A model generated the notes under the pieces. That model searched no databases. It saw only the letters and a program-made list of their open reading frames with translations, and was not told where the DNA came from. Of a stretch of 64,000 nt of DNA, positions 48,377-59,401 are shown in pieces. Where the stretch lies: contig JBMNLZ010000001.1 in assembly GCA_050953065.1 (NCBI GenBank), forward strand, positions 32,001 to 96,000, in the 5' to 3' direction. The position numbers were made by a program, and so were the translations under genes. The DNA is from Bacilli bacterium (GTDB lineage: Bacteria > Bacillota_I > Bacilli_A > ML615J-28 > CAG-698). Numbering within the stretch: the first letter of the stretch is position 1; every line of letters starts with the position of its first letter.

Positions 48377-51300
48377 GTGCATGTAATGAAAATGACTTTA
48401 AGACGTAAGTTTAGAATTATGTTAGGTGTTATGCAAAGTATTATTTTTATCTGGTTAATAGCTTTTGCTTTGCCTATTGTAGTTGATGTAAATGCAGCAA
48501 GTGCGGTCGGCTTGGGGGATATTGGTTTTACTGAAACTAGAAGCATTGAACCTAATGTTGAAATGAGTTTTTATATGGGAGTTAACAATATTGGTGAACA
48601 AAAAGCCCATACGGTTACTTTTGCTAAAGGAGCTTTAACTCCTGTTGCTTCATATGGAAACTATTTAAGAGGCGGTGAAACGGTACAACAAATAGCAACA
48701 ATTGAAAAAGCTACTAGAGGTGGAACTGTAGTTACGGGTATCAATGGTGACTTCTATGACACTTCAAATCATATACCTAATGGATGTATGATAATTGATG
48801 GTAAATTAGTTGTTTCTAATGTTAGTGGTTGGCCTGCATTTGGTTTTAAACCAGATGGTTCTGTGGTGTTTGGTAACCCACAATTTAATATGTCAATGAA
48901 AGTTGATGGCAATAATATTACTATTAATCATTTAAATAGAGATAGAAAAGTATCAACAAGTGGAATTTACATGTATACTAATGCTTATAGTAGTACAGTT
49001 TCTTCATCTGCTCCAACTCCTGGTACTGAAGTTGTTTTAACAACTGATGCAACGGATTTATTTAAAATTAACCAAACTATTACAGCAACAGTTGAAGCAG
49101 TTTATACAAACACTAATAACACTGCGATTGGTGCTGGAAAGATAGTTATAGGTACTCCTAATGCTAATGCTGCAGCATTGTCTGGTTTAACTGTTGGTAA
49201 AACTATCACTATTACAGTTTCTGAACCGGCTAATATTTTTAGCCAAGTAGATCAAGCAATGGGATATAATGTTCATATTGTAAAAAATGGAGCATTAACT
49301 GATGTTATATCAAATCAAGATGTTCATCCAAGAACTGCATTAGGTGTTAAGGCTAATGGTGAAGTTGTGCTATTCCAAGTGGATGGCCGTCAACCAAATT
49401 GGAGTCTTGGAGTTACTTATAAACAAATAGGAGAACATTTAATGTCATTGGGATGTGTTGAAGTTATTAATCTAGATGGTGGAGGTTCTTCATCAATTAT
49501 TGCTAAACTTCCAGGTGATACAATTACTACGCATCTAAACTCTCCGTCAGATGGTGTTGAAAGAGCAAATTCTAATGGAATAGTATTTTTCTCTAAATTG
49601 GCAGCAACGGGTACTACTGCATTATTACATGCTTATCCAAAAAAATTGGTTGTTTTAGAAGGTGCTACTAAACAAATTGATTTAAAAGCAACTGATGCAA
49701 ACTATTATCCAAGTACTATGCCATCGAATATTAATTATACTACTTCTAGTGGAATTGGAACTATTTCTAGTTCTGGATTATTTACAGCCTCTACTGGTAG
49801 TTCGACAGGTACAATTAATATTACTAGTGGTTCAATTACTGAAACAGTAGATGTTACTGTTATTGATACTATTGATCAAATGATAGTTGATAAAACACAA
49901 ATTTCAATTGCTCCTGGAGCTACAAGCAAGCCTATTGTATCTGCTTTTAGTCAAGGGATGCAAGTAGATTGTAGCAATTCATCTTTTCAATGGACATTAA
50001 GCAGTCCTGATTTAGGTACAATTACTCCTGATGGTCTATTTACAGGAACAAGTGGTTCTGCAACTGGAACAATAACAGTTAGTTATAAAACTTTTTCTCT
50101 TGAAATTCCAGTTGAAGTTGGTAAGGCTCCTGCAATGATAAATACTTTTGAAGATTTTACTATTTCTACATCAACATTTATTGATAATGGAAGTGGAACT
50201 GCTACATGGATTCAAAGAATAGAGAATCCTCAAAATGGTGGGACTGGTTCATTTAGTGTTAACGAAGATGAAAGATATGTAAAATTTGGATATAAATCTT
50301 TAAGAGCAGATTATGATTTTAGAAATGCTACTGCAACTACGGCTATTACTATAGGTGGTGGTGCTAGTATATCTCAATATGTTAATATTAACAACTATCC
50401 TAAAGTAAGCGGTGGAGCTTCTAATTATCCAACAGCTATAGGTATGTGGGTATATGGAGATAATGGTGGCGCTGATGTTAGAATGCAATTAAGAGATGGA
50501 AATGGTGCAGTTCAATATATCAGTTATAACGTTGTTAATTGGACAGGGTGGAAATATGTTGAAGCTCCGATTCCAACAGGGCTTCCTACACCTTTATATA
50601 TTCAATATGCTATAAGAGTAATGTCAGTTTCAGGAAAATGTAAATCTGCAGGTACACTTTTCTTTGACAATATAAGAGTTGTGTATGGCTTTAAAAATGA
50701 TGATATAACTTCTCCAGTGTTTGGAGATCCAGTTCCTGCTGATGGTTCAATTATTGATGATGATCATGAAACAGTTAAAGTAAACGTTTCAGATCCAAAA
50801 ACTGGTATTTATACTGGTATAAGAAAAGAAAGTATTAAAATGTGGCTTAACGGAAATCTAATAGAAAATGTTATATTGCTTGATAAGCCAGATGGTTCTA
50901 TTGATGTAACTTTTACGCCAAATGTATATACAGCTTTTAAGGCTGGTCCGCAATTTGTAAAAGTTAGGGTTGAAGATAATTACGGAAATATTTCGTTTAA
51001 ATCTTGGAACTTTACGATGGAAGGTGATTATGCGGGAGTTACTGCAGTTGCACCTACTAAGCCTGTAGTTTATGCAGGTGAAACGCTAACTTATCAAATC
51101 GATTATATAACATATGATTCATTTGCTAAATTTGATACAATTTTAACGTATAATGGAGATGCTTTAAAAGTTGATTCCATTGTTTTGGCTGATTCTAGAT
51201 TAAATGTTGAAAGATCAGATTCTGCTAATACATTAGGATTAGTAATTACTGGAATGGATGCTTTTGCAAATAGTGCGCCGGAATCTAAAACATTAGTTCA

Positions 51301-53191
51301 AATTGTGTTTTCTCCTAAAACTGGATTTGTTTCTAATAGTGATACAGCATTAATTTTTACAAAAGTACAAGTTACTGAATCAGGTTCTAGTACTCCTCGA
51401 AACTTTGAATTACCAAGTTATGAGAAAAAAGTAGATTATAAATATAGAGTTAGTTATGCAACATCAACTGTTGGTAGACCGATTACTTTTACAGTTACGG
51501 ATGAAGCTCTTAATCCTACTGCAGGTGCTACACTTACTGTTTCAGGTATTTCAGGTGTTACGATAAGCGGAACAACTAATGCTAATGGTAATTTAACAAC
51601 GGATGCTTTTAAAAATTTAGCTGTTGGAACTACATTCCAAGTAACGGCTAGTTTTGAAGGATTGAGTAGCGAGCCAAAAACAATTAAAATTTTTGCAAGT
51701 TTAGAATCTGCTACTCCAAGTGGAGTTGCGATTTCTCCAGGATTAGATGCTTCTAAGAGTGTTGTAATTACTTGGAGAACTAATTTAACAACTACTGAAA
51801 GTGTTGTTAAATATAAAAAAGCAGGAGATGCTGATTGGATAACTGTTTCTACTGGTGAAACTAGTGATATAGTTGTAGTTAATGGCACAGTTGATATTCA
51901 AGAATATTTGGCACATAAAGTTGTGTTAAATAACCTAAGTCCAAATACAAGTTATACTTATGTTGTTGGTGATGGTGGAGATAATCAAAGTCCTGAAAAA
52001 ACTTTTAAAACTGCTAAAGATACTACAGGAACAAAATTAGTATTTATATCTGATCCACAAGCATCTAATGCGAGTGCTTATGCTTATACTAAAACACTTT
52101 TAGATACTGCGTTTACAAATAATGCAGATATTCAAGCTATTTTAGTAGGTGGTGATATAGTAGATGATGGTAACTTCTATAATCAATGGCAAGCATTACA
52201 TAGTACATTAGGCGAACGTATTAATACTAACATATTAGCAACTGCTTCAGGAAATCACGATGTAATTAGAGGTTATGGTGAACCATTAAATTGGACTTTC
52301 CCAGGTACAAATAATGGTGTTGATGGAACTTTGGGTCTAAATTATTTCTTTGAAATTGGTGATATTGCAATTGCTGTAGTAGACACTGAATCTCCAGCAA
52401 CTCTTCAAGCTCAAGGAGATTGGCTAAAGGATAAGTTTGCTAATACAACAAAAACTTTCAAATTTGTTTTAATGCATAGAAGCTGTTATCCGACTTTCTA
52501 TGATGAGCCTGCGATTAGAAACGGATGGTATCCAATTTTTGATGATGCTAAAGTTGATTTAGTTTTATCTGGTCATGATCATGTATACAATAGAACTGCT
52601 ATGAAACAAAACAATAAAGTAGCTGTTGGTGTTGGACCTACATATGTTGTTGGTGGAAGTGCTGGAAATAAATATTATGCAGTATCAAATCCAGAGCTTA
52701 AACCTTGGCTTGATGTAATTTATGATGATGATAATAATGTATATTCAATCATTGAAACAAACGGTCAGGTTTTAACATTTAAAGCCTTCGCATTGGTTGA
52801 TGGTATAGCTACACAAGTAGATAGTTTCACAATTGATAAGAGTATTGCATATATTGACAGTGTCACAATTTCTGGTACATCAAAAATTGTTGCTGGTGAA
52901 TCTAAAACTTATACAGCTGTAGTTAAAGATAATTTAAATCAAACAATGTCTGGTAAAACAGTTACTTGGAGTTTAGTTAATGCTGTTGAAGGTGTATCGA
53001 TTAATCCAACTACTGGTGTTCTTACTGTTTCTGGCGATGTTAGTTCTGATGCTACAATTGTAGTGAAAGCTGAATGTGAAGGAATATTTGCAACATTTGA
53101 TGTAACTGTTCAAACTTTAATTAAGCCTGTAGATGTTATGGCTATTATTACTGATAATGCAAAAACTAAATTTAATGATATTATTAAATAG
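48377..53191 (+). CDS. Large secreted multidomain enzyme: NAGPA phosphodiester glycosidase, Ig-like and CBM-like modules, FN3 and purple-acid/calcineurin-like metallophosphoesterase
   Basis: INGDFY, HPRTALG, DGRQ, NLDGGGSS; SDPQ, GDIVD, GNHD, GHDH; exact start uncertain (48377-48419). Confidence 0.85.
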   Translation: MHVMKMTLRRKFRIMLGVMQSIIFIWLIAFALPIVVDVNAASAVGLGDIGFTETRSIEPNVEMSFYMGVNNIGEQKAHTVTFAKGALTPVASYGNYLRGGETVQQIATIEKATRGGTVVTGINGDFYDTSNHIPNGCMIIDGKLVVSNVSGWPAFGFKPDGSVVFGNPQFNMSMKVDGNNITINHLNRDRKVSTSGIYMYTNAYSSTVSSSAPTPGTEVVLTTDATDLFKINQTITATVEAVYTNTNNTAIGAGKIVIGTPNANAAALSGLTVGKTITITVSEPANIFSQVDQAMGYNVHIVKNGALTDVISNQDVHPRTALGVKANGEVVLFQVDGRQPNWSLGVTYKQIGEHLMSLGCVEVINLDGGGSSSIIAKLPGDTITTHLNSPSDGVERANSNGIVFFSKLAATGTTALLHAYPKKLVVLEGATKQIDLKATDANYYPSTMPSNINYTTSSGIGTISSSGLFTASTGSSTGTINITSGSITETVDVTVIDTIDQMIVDKTQISIAPGATSKPIVSAFSQGMQVDCSNSSFQWTLSSPDLGTITPDGLFTGTSGSATGTITVSYKTFSLEIPVEVGKAPAMINTFEDFTISTSTFIDNGSGTATWIQRIENPQNGGTGSFSVNEDERYVKFGYKSLRADYDFRNATATTAITIGGGASISQYVNINNYPKVSGGASNYPTAIGMWVYGDNGGADVRMQLRDGNGAVQYISYNVVNWTGWKYVEAPIPTGLPTPLYIQYAIRVMSVSGKCKSAGTLFFDNIRVVYGFKNDDITSPVFGDPVPADGSIIDDDHETVKVNVSDPKTGIYTGIRKESIKMWLNGNLIENVILLDKPDGSIDVTFTPNVYTAFKAGPQFVKVRVEDNYGNISFKSWNFTMEGDYAGVTAVAPTKPVVYAGETLTYQIDYITYDSFAKFDTILTYNGDALKVDSIVLADSRLNVERSDSANTLGLVITGMDAFANSAPESKTLVQIVFSPKTGFVSNSDTALIFTKVQVTESGSSTPRNFELPSYEKKVDYKYRVSYATSTVGRPITFTVTDEALNPTAGATLTVSGISGVTISGTTNANGNLTTDAFKNLAVGTTFQVTASFEGLSSEPKTIKIFASLESATPSGVAISPGLDASKSVVITWRTNLTTTESVVKYKKAGDADWITVSTGETSDIVVVNGTVDIQEYLAHKVVLNNLSPNTSYTYVVGDGGDNQSPEKTFKTAKDTTGTKLVFISDPQASNASAYAYTKTLLDTAFTNNADIQAILVGGDIVDDGNFYNQWQALHSTLGERINTNILATASGNHDVIRGYGEPLNWTFPGTNNGVDGTLGLNYFFEIGDIAIAVVDTESPATLQAQGDWLKDKFANTTKTFKFVLMHRSCYPTFYDEPAIRNGWYPIFDDAKVDLVLSGHDHVYNRTAMKQNNKVAVGVGPTYVVGGSAGNKYYAVSNPELKPWLDVIYDDDNNVYSIIETNGQVLTFKAFALVDGIATQVDSFTIDKSIAYIDSVTISGTSKIVAGESKTYTAVVKDNLNQTMSGKTVTWSLVNAVEGVSINPTTGVLTVSGDVSSDATIVVKAECEGIFATFDVTVQTLIKPVDVMAIITDNAKTKFNDIIK

Positions 53192-53201
53192 GTTTTAATA
53201 G

Positions 53202-53237
53202 AAGAAGTCAAACTTTTCGGTTTGACTTCTTTTTTTT
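53202..53237 (+). terminator. Intrinsic terminator
   Basis: AAGAAGTCAAAC / GTTTGACTTCTT hairpin plus T tract. Confidence 0.85.
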
Positions 53238-53287
53238 ATTCTTTTAATTAATGTAAAAAAGTGTTATAATACATTAATGGTGGGAAA

Positions 53288-54142
53288 ATGGATGGAATAT
53301 TAATTGTCAATAAGGATAAAGGGATAACTTCTTTTGATGTTATAAGATTCTTAAGAAAAAAATTTAATATAAAAAAAATAGGTCATGCTGGGACTCTTGA
53401 TCCTTTAGCAACAGGAGTTTTAGTAGTATTAATTGGATCAGCTACTAAGTTATCAGACTATGTTATGAGTGAAAAGAAAACATATGAAGCAACTATTTCT
53501 ATTGGTGAGGCATATGATACTGAAGACTCAACTGGAAAATTAATAGAAAAAGTTTTAATAAATGAACCTTTGGAGGTTGATTCTACATTAGAAAAAATTT
53601 TAAATTTAGAATATCAAACTCCACCAATGTATAGTGCTTTAAAAGTAGATGGAAAAAAATTATATGAATTAGCAAGAAAAAACCTTGAAATTGAAAGAAA
53701 TGTAAGAAAAATTGAAATTTTTGATATAAAAAGAACATCTGATGTTTTATATTATGATAATATGATAGAATTTAAATATAAGGTTACTGTTTCTAAAGGC
53801 ACTTATATTCGTTCATTATGTGTAGAAATTGGAAAAATTTTAGGCTATCCCGCTCATATGAAAGAATTAAATAGAATTGAAAGTGGAAAATTTAATATAA
53901 AAGATTCGTATACGCTTAAAGATATTGAAAATGGAGAATATAAAATTTTACCGAATATTTCTATCTTTGATAAAGAATTAATATGTGAAATTGATGAGAA
54001 CACATACCAAAAAGTAACCAATGGAGTTCCGATTATTAAACAAGATAAAAGAGAGATTATAGTATTTACTTACAAACATAATTTAATAGGAATATATAAA
54101 AAAGAAAAAGGAGTATATAAGGCTGAACGCGTATGGAATTAA
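53288..54142 (+). CDS. truB: tRNA pseudouridine(55) synthase
   Basis: KIGHAGTLDPLATGVL, QTPPMYSALKVDGKKLYELAR, SKGTYIRSL. Confidence 0.95.
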   Translation: MDGILIVNKDKGITSFDVIRFLRKKFNIKKIGHAGTLDPLATGVLVVLIGSATKLSDYVMSEKKTYEATISIGEAYDTEDSTGKLIEKVLINEPLEVDSTLEKILNLEYQTPPMYSALKVDGKKLYELARKNLEIERNVRKIEIFDIKRTSDVLYYDNMIEFKYKVTVSKGTYIRSLCVEIGKILGYPAHMKELNRIESGKFNIKDSYTLKDIENGEYKILPNISIFDKELICEIDENTYQKVTNGVPIIKQDKREIIVFTYKHNLIGIYKKEKGVYKAERVWN

Positions 54143-55047
54143 TTTATGTAGATTATAAAGGCTTAAAATTTGATAAAAAGATTGTTTTAGCCGCTGGACA
54201 ATTTGATGGGCTACACAAAGCGCATATAAAGCTTATTAAAAAAACAATCGAAGTTGCAAAAAAAAATAATTGTAGTAGTGCGTTAATGACTTTTGATCCT
54301 CATCCTGATTATTTTTTAAATAAAAGAGAAAGGCTTGGCTATATAACACCACTTGATAGAAAAATAACTTTGCTAGAATCTTTTGGGATAGACTATTTAA
54401 TAATTATTAAATTTGATGAACATTTAGCTAATATGAATTATATAGATTTTGAAGAAGAAATCTTAGACAAATTTAATATTATTCAAATAGTTGCTGGTTT
54501 TGATTTTAGGTATGGATATAAAGGTCTTGGAAATACTGAAACCTTAAAAGAACATTATAATGTTTATGTTGTAGATGAAATTAAATATAAAGGTGTAAAA
54601 CTAGGTTCTGATTTAATTCGAAATTTTCTTGAAAAAGGTGATGTTAAAGAAGTCTATAAATTACTTGGAAGATATTATAGTATTAAAGGATTTGTTGAAA
54701 AAGGCAATAGAATAGGCCAAACATTAGGTGTTAGGACTGCTAATATTACTTTAAAAGATGATTATTATATATTAAAACCAGGTGTGTATGGCGTATATAT
54801 TGAAATTGATAAAAGTGAATTTGCAGGAGTTTGTAACATCGGAAACAACCCTACACTTAATTATTCAAAGCGAAGGAAATTGGAAGTTCATATTTTTGAC
54901 TTTGATCAAGATATATATAATGTGGAAATAACGGTAAAATTCGTTTATTATCTTAGAGAAGAAAAGAAGTTTGACTCTAAAGATGAATTAGTTTTTCAAG
55001 TTAATAAGGACATACAGGATGCTAAAAATAAGTTGGTGAGAAAATGA
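54133..55047 (+). CDS. ribF: Bifunctional riboflavin kinase/FAD synthetase
   Basis: GQFDGLHKAH, TFDPHP, GFDFRYG, TAN, GVY, NIG.NPT, EVHIFDF. Confidence 0.92.
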   Translation: MELIYVDYKGLKFDKKIVLAAGQFDGLHKAHIKLIKKTIEVAKKNNCSSALMTFDPHPDYFLNKRERLGYITPLDRKITLLESFGIDYLIIIKFDEHLANMNYIDFEEEILDKFNIIQIVAGFDFRYGYKGLGNTETLKEHYNVYVVDEIKYKGVKLGSDLIRNFLEKGDVKEVYKLLGRYYSIKGFVEKGNRIGQTLGVRTANITLKDDYYILKPGVYGVYIEIDKSEFAGVCNIGNNPTLNYSKRRKLEVHIFDFDQDIYNVEITVKFVYYLREEKKFDSKDELVFQVNKDIQDAKNKLVRK

Positions 55048-55727
55048 AAATTGCTATAATTGCAGCTATGGAAGAAGAAATAATAGAAATTTCTAATATT
55101 CTTATAGAAAAAAAAGAAATCAATATTAATAAATTTAAATTTATTTTGGGGAAATATAAAGAACACGATATTATTGTGGCTGTTTCTGGGATAGGTAAAG
55201 TTGCTGGAGGCATGCTTTTTTGTACTTTGATACAAAATTTTAAAGATATTAAAAAAGTTATTAATATAGGAGTAGCGGGTGGTATTTTTGGTAAAACTAG
55301 CGTCAATGATATAGTTGTAGCTGATAGAGTATGTTATCATGATGTTGATTTAACTGCTTTTTCAAAATATTCATATGGTGAATTGCCAGGCTATCCTAAA
55401 GAGTTTAAAACTGACTTTGAGATACTAGAAATTTTAGAAAAAGACAATTGCTTGATTGGTACAATTTCATCAGGAGATAAATTTATGATAGACAAAAATG
55501 AAGTGTTAGAAATTTCTAAAAAACTTAAAAATAGCAATATTTTTGCTTTTGATATGGAGTCTGCTGCTTTTGCTCAATGCGCTTTTTTTTATAAAATTCC
55601 TTTTACATCTATTAGAGCAATTAGTGATGTTATTGGTGAAACTGCAGTTTCTGCATTTGATTCAAATTTAAAAAAGACATCCAAGACAATTGCATTGTTA
55701 TTGTTGAAAGTATTAGAAAAAATTTGA
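55044..55727 (+). CDS. mtnN: 5'-methylthioadenosine/SAH nucleosidase
   Basis: IIAAMEEE, SGIGKV, IN.GVAGG, SGDKF, DMESAA.AQ, RAISD. Confidence 0.9.
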   Translation: MKIAIIAAMEEEIIEISNILIEKKEININKFKFILGKYKEHDIIVAVSGIGKVAGGMLFCTLIQNFKDIKKVINIGVAGGIFGKTSVNDIVVADRVCYHDVDLTAFSKYSYGELPGYPKEFKTDFEILEILEKDNCLIGTISSGDKFMIDKNEVLEISKKLKNSNIFAFDMESAAFAQCAFFYKIPFTSIRAISDVIGETAVSAFDSNLKKTSKTIALLLLKVLEKI

Positions 55728-55770
55728 ATTTTCTAGTTGTTATTTTGTTAAAATATGTTATAATATACAA

Positions 55771-55820
55771 GACCTATATCTTTGATTAGAGATTCTCCAA
55801 CTCTTTTCTAGGATTTAGGC
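55771..55820 (+). ncRNA. S15 (rpsO) autoregulatory leader
   Basis: Structured 5' UTR (CCTATATCT/GGATTTAGG; AGAG-ATTCTCCAA-CTCT) between an extended -10 (TGTTATAAT) and the rpsO SD; resembles the Firmicutes rpsO leader. Confidence 0.6.
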
Positions 55821-55846
55821 ATAAATATATTAAGGAGGATTTAATT

Positions 55847-56119
55847 ATGTCATGTATTTCAAAAGAACAAAAAGCAGAATTAATTAAAAAGTTTGGAAAA
55901 AATGAAAATGATTCAGGATCAGTTGAGGTTCAAATTGCAATTTTAACATACGAAATTAATCGTTTAAATGAACATTTAAAAGATCATTTGCATGATTTTC
56001 ATTCAAGAAGAGGTTTATTAGTTAAAGTAGGACATCGTCGTAATTTGTTAACATATTTACGTAAAAAAGATATTAACAGTTATCGTGATTTGATTTCAGC
56101 ATTAAATTTAAGAAAGTAA
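55847..56119 (+). CDS. rpsO: 30S ribosomal protein S15
   Basis: [30 protein letters not shown]. Confidence 0.97.
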   Translation: MSCISKEQKAELIKKFGKNENDSGSVEVQIAILTYEINRLNEHLKDHLHDFHSRRGLLVKVGHRRNLLTYLRKKDINSYRDLISALNLRK

Positions 56120-56126
56120 AAAAGAC

Positions 56127-56149
56127 AAGGGTAGTTTATTACCCTTTTT
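56127..56149 (+). terminator. Terminator after rpsO
   Basis: AAGGGTAG / TTACCCTT hairpin plus T tract. Confidence 0.7.
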
Positions 56150-56179
56150 AATAATGTAAATAATAGGAGTTGCAAAAAA

Positions 56180-58306
56180 ATGAATGAATTAAAAATATTC
56201 GAATATAATCAAAATGGTAGAAAAATAGTAGTTGAGATAGGAGAAGTAGCAAAACAAGCTAATGGATCTGTTTTAATTAGATATAATGATACTGCTGTTT
56301 TAACTGCTGCCGTTTTTGATAAAAAAGCTAGTACTGCAGATTTTTTTCCGTTAACAGTTATGTATCAAGAAAAGTTATACGCTGCAGGTAAAATTCCTGG
56401 TGGGTTTTTAAAAAGGGAAGGTCGACCAAGTGAATATGAAGTTTTAACATCACGTTTAATTGATAGACCAATCAGACCATTATTTGAAGAAGGGTTTAGA
56501 AATGAAGTTCAAGTTATTAATACTGTTTTAAGTGCAAACCCTGATTTTTCATCACAAATTACTGCAATGCTTGGCTCATCTATTGCTTTAACAATTTCAG
56601 AAATACCTTTTAAAGGGCCGATTGCGGGTGTTATAGTAGGTAGAGTTAATAATGAATTTATTATTAATCCTACAGTTGAAGAATTAGAAAAATCTGATAT
56701 TAATTTATTTGTTGCTGGAACAAAAGATGCTATTAATATGGTTGAAGCTGGTGCAAAAGAAGTTAGCGAAGAAGATATGTTAGCAGCTATAATGTTTGGT
56801 CATGAAGAAATTAAAAGATTAATTGATTTTCAATTAGAAATACAAAAAGTTGTTGGAAAAGAAAAATATCAAGTAGAACTTTATCAAATATCTGCTACTT
56901 TAGATAAAGAAGTTAGAAAAAAAGCTCAAAAAGATTTAATAAAAGCTGTAATTATTAAAGAAAAAACAGCTAGATATGAAGCCATTGATAGTATTAATGA
57001 AAAAATTATTGAAGAATATACTAAAATATTTAAAAATGATGAAGAAGCAGAAACTAAATTAAAGCAAGTTGCTGAAATTCTTGAAAATATTGTAAAAGAG
57101 GAAGTTCGTCGTTTAATTACTGAGGAAAAGATAAGACCAGATGGAAGACAAATAGATGAAATTAGACCGCTTAGTTCAAAAATTGACATTCTTGAAAGAA
57201 CTCATGGTTCTGCATTGTTCACTAGAGGACAAACTCAATGTTTAAGTATTGTTACTTTGGGTGCTTTGGGAGAATATCAAGTAATTGATGGGTTGGGCGT
57301 TGAAGAAGGCAAAAGATTTATGCTTCATTATAATTTCCCTGCTTTCAGTGTAGGTGAAATTGGTAGATATGGTTCTCCTGGCAGAAGAGAGATAGGTCAC
57401 GGAGCGCTTGGTGAAAGAGCAATTTTACAAGTTATACCATCTGAAGAAGAGTTTCCATATACTATTAGAATAGTAAGTGAAATTTTAGAATCGAATGGTT
57501 CTACTTCACAGGCATCAATTTGTGCTGGCACAATGGCTTTAATGGCAGCTGGTGTTCCTTTGAAGTCTCCTGTTGCAGGTATCGCAATGGGATTAATCAC
57601 AAAAGGTGATCATTACACTATCCTTTCAGATATTCAAGGTATGGAAGATCACTTAGGAGATATGGACTTTAAAGTAGCTGGAACAAAAGATGGTATTACT
57701 GCTTTACAAATGGATATTAAAATTGAAGGTTTGAGTGAAGAGATATTAAAAGAATCATTAGCTCAAGCTAAAAAAGGAAGATTGTTTATACTAGATCATA
57801 TGCTATCAACTATTCCTGAATGTAGAAAAGAAGTTAGCAAATATGCTCCAAAGGTTATTTCGTTTGAAATTAATCCTGATAGAATTAGAGATGTAATTGG
57901 ATCGGGTGGTAAGGTAATTACTGAAATAATTAATCAATGTAATAATGTTAAAATTGATATTGAGCAAGATGGAAAAGTCTTTATTATGCATAATGAATAC
58001 GAGTATGTATTAAAAGCTAAAGAAATGGTTGAAAATTTATCTAGAGAGGCTGTAATTGGTGAAATTTATACAGGTAAAGTAATAAGAATTGAAAAGTACG
58101 GTGCTTTTGTAGAACTTTGGCCAGGAACTGATGGTTTGGTTCATATTTCTCAAATAGATAAAAAACGAATTGATAAAGTTGAAGATGTTTTAGCTTTAAA
58201 TGATGAAATTGTCGTAAAAGTTATAGAAATTGATGATAAAGGAAAAATAAAATTATCTAGAAAAGATGCATTAAAAACAAACACAAAAGAAGATGAAAAA
58301 GCGTAG
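56180..58306 (+). CDS. pnp: Polyribonucleotide nucleotidyltransferase
   Basis: [39 protein letters not shown] and S1 domains. Confidence 0.97.
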   Translation: MNELKIFEYNQNGRKIVVEIGEVAKQANGSVLIRYNDTAVLTAAVFDKKASTADFFPLTVMYQEKLYAAGKIPGGFLKREGRPSEYEVLTSRLIDRPIRPLFEEGFRNEVQVINTVLSANPDFSSQITAMLGSSIALTISEIPFKGPIAGVIVGRVNNEFIINPTVEELEKSDINLFVAGTKDAINMVEAGAKEVSEEDMLAAIMFGHEEIKRLIDFQLEIQKVVGKEKYQVELYQISATLDKEVRKKAQKDLIKAVIIKEKTARYEAIDSINEKIIEEYTKIFKNDEEAETKLKQVAEILENIVKEEVRRLITEEKIRPDGRQIDEIRPLSSKIDILERTHGSALFTRGQTQCLSIVTLGALGEYQVIDGLGVEEGKRFMLHYNFPAFSVGEIGRYGSPGRREIGHGALGERAILQVIPSEEEFPYTIRIVSEILESNGSTSQASICAGTMALMAAGVPLKSPVAGIAMGLITKGDHYTILSDIQGMEDHLGDMDFKVAGTKDGITALQMDIKIEGLSEEILKESLAQAKKGRLFILDHMLSTIPECRKEVSKYAPKVISFEINPDRIRDVIGSGGKVITEIINQCNNVKIDIEQDGKVFIMHNEYEYVLKAKEMVENLSREAVIGEIYTGKVIRIEKYGAFVELWPGTDGLVHISQIDKKRIDKVEDVLALNDEIVVKVIEIDDKGKIKLSRKDALKTNTKEDEKA

Positions 58307-58322
58307 ATAACTACGCTTTTTT
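58296..58322 (+). terminator. Terminator overlapping the pnp stop
   Basis: AAAAAGCGTAG-ataa-CTACGCTTTTTT. Confidence 0.8.
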
Positions 58323-58335
58323 GATAGAAGGGAAT

Positions 58336-59052
58336 ATGAAAAATTTTAAGTACGCATTCAAGCAAGTAATACCAGTGATGATTGGCTATCTGTTTTTAGG
58401 GGCGGGGTTTGGCATTTTATTAACTTCAAATGGTTATCATGTACTTTGGGCTGTTTTAATGAGTTTAATAATTTTTGCAGGATCTGGACAATATTTAGCA
58501 GTAGGGTTGTTTATCAGTGGTTTTGATATTCTAAATACAATAATATTGACTTTTTTGGTTAATGCTAGACATATATTCTATGGAATTTCTATGTTTGAAA
58601 AGTTTAAGGATATGGGATTTTATAAGCCGTATATGATTTTTGCATTAACTGATGAAACATATTCATTGCTTTGCACAGTGGAAGTTCCAAAAGAACTTGA
58701 TAGAAAAAAAGTATATTTTCATATTGCTTGGTTAAATCATTTCTATTGGATTTTAGGAGGTTTATTAGGCGCTGTTTTAGGTGAGGTTTTAACTATAAAT
58801 ACAGAAGGTCTAAGTTTTATAATGACAGCACTATTTGTTACTTTATTAACTGATCAATGGCTAAAATCTAAAAAAAGTATTCCTCTATTGATAGGAATAG
58901 TGGTTACATCTATTTGTTTGTTCATATTTAAATACGTTTTTGAGCAAACAAGTTTATTTTTAATTTTCTCAATGGTTATTATATTCATTTTGTTAACTGT
59001 ATTTAGAAAAAAGATAGAAGGTGGAGATAACTATGAATTTGAGCAATTATGA
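58336..59052 (+). CDS. azlC: AzlC branched-chain amino acid exporter permease
   Basis: MS..IFAGSGQ, LVNARH.FYG, LTDETY, YW..G...G. Confidence 0.88.
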   Translation: MKNFKYAFKQVIPVMIGYLFLGAGFGILLTSNGYHVLWAVLMSLIIFAGSGQYLAVGLFISGFDILNTIILTFLVNARHIFYGISMFEKFKDMGFYKPYMIFALTDETYSLLCTVEVPKELDRKKVYFHIAWLNHFYWILGGLLGAVLGEVLTINTEGLSFIMTALFVTLLTDQWLKSKKSIPLLIGIVVTSICLFIFKYVFEQTSLFLIFSMVIIFILLTVFRKKIEGGDNYEFEQL

Positions 59053-59365
59053 AATACTAATATTAATAATAATAATGGCAATAGTTACATTCTTTACTCG
59101 TCTATTTCCTTTTGTGTTTTTTAAAAAAGAGAAGCCGCTTTCGCCTTATGTTAAATATATAGGTGATTATCTTCCTTATTCAATGATTGCAATGTTAGTC
59201 GTTTATAGTTTAAAAGATGTTGCATTTTTTACTTATCCAAGTTTGATTCCAGAAATTATAGCTATTATATGTATAGTTTTATTACATATTTGGAAAAAAA
59301 ATTATTTAATTAGTATTGGAGTGGGGACGTTTATATATATGTTTTTAGTCCAAACTATTTTTTGA
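59033..59365 (+). CDS. azlD: AzlD small subunit
   Basis: TR.FPF, LP.S.IAMLVVY, LH.WK.N.LISI..GT; overlaps azlC. Confidence 0.85.
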   Translation: MNLSNYEILILIIIMAIVTFFTRLFPFVFFKKEKPLSPYVKYIGDYLPYSMIAMLVVYSLKDVAFFTYPSLIPEIIAIICIVLLHIWKKNYLISIGVGTFIYMFLVQTIF

Positions 59366-59401
59366 TATTGTAAATTTAAAAGGAATATGATATTATAAAT
59401 G

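Noticed and set aside
1739-58365. Short ORF-track entries antisense or out of frame within long genes (e.g. 1739-1972, 9359-9817, 26405-26800, 43125-43439, 51454-51888, 54996-55340)
   Set aside because: Shadow ORFs overlapping well-supported genes, without recognisable motifs.
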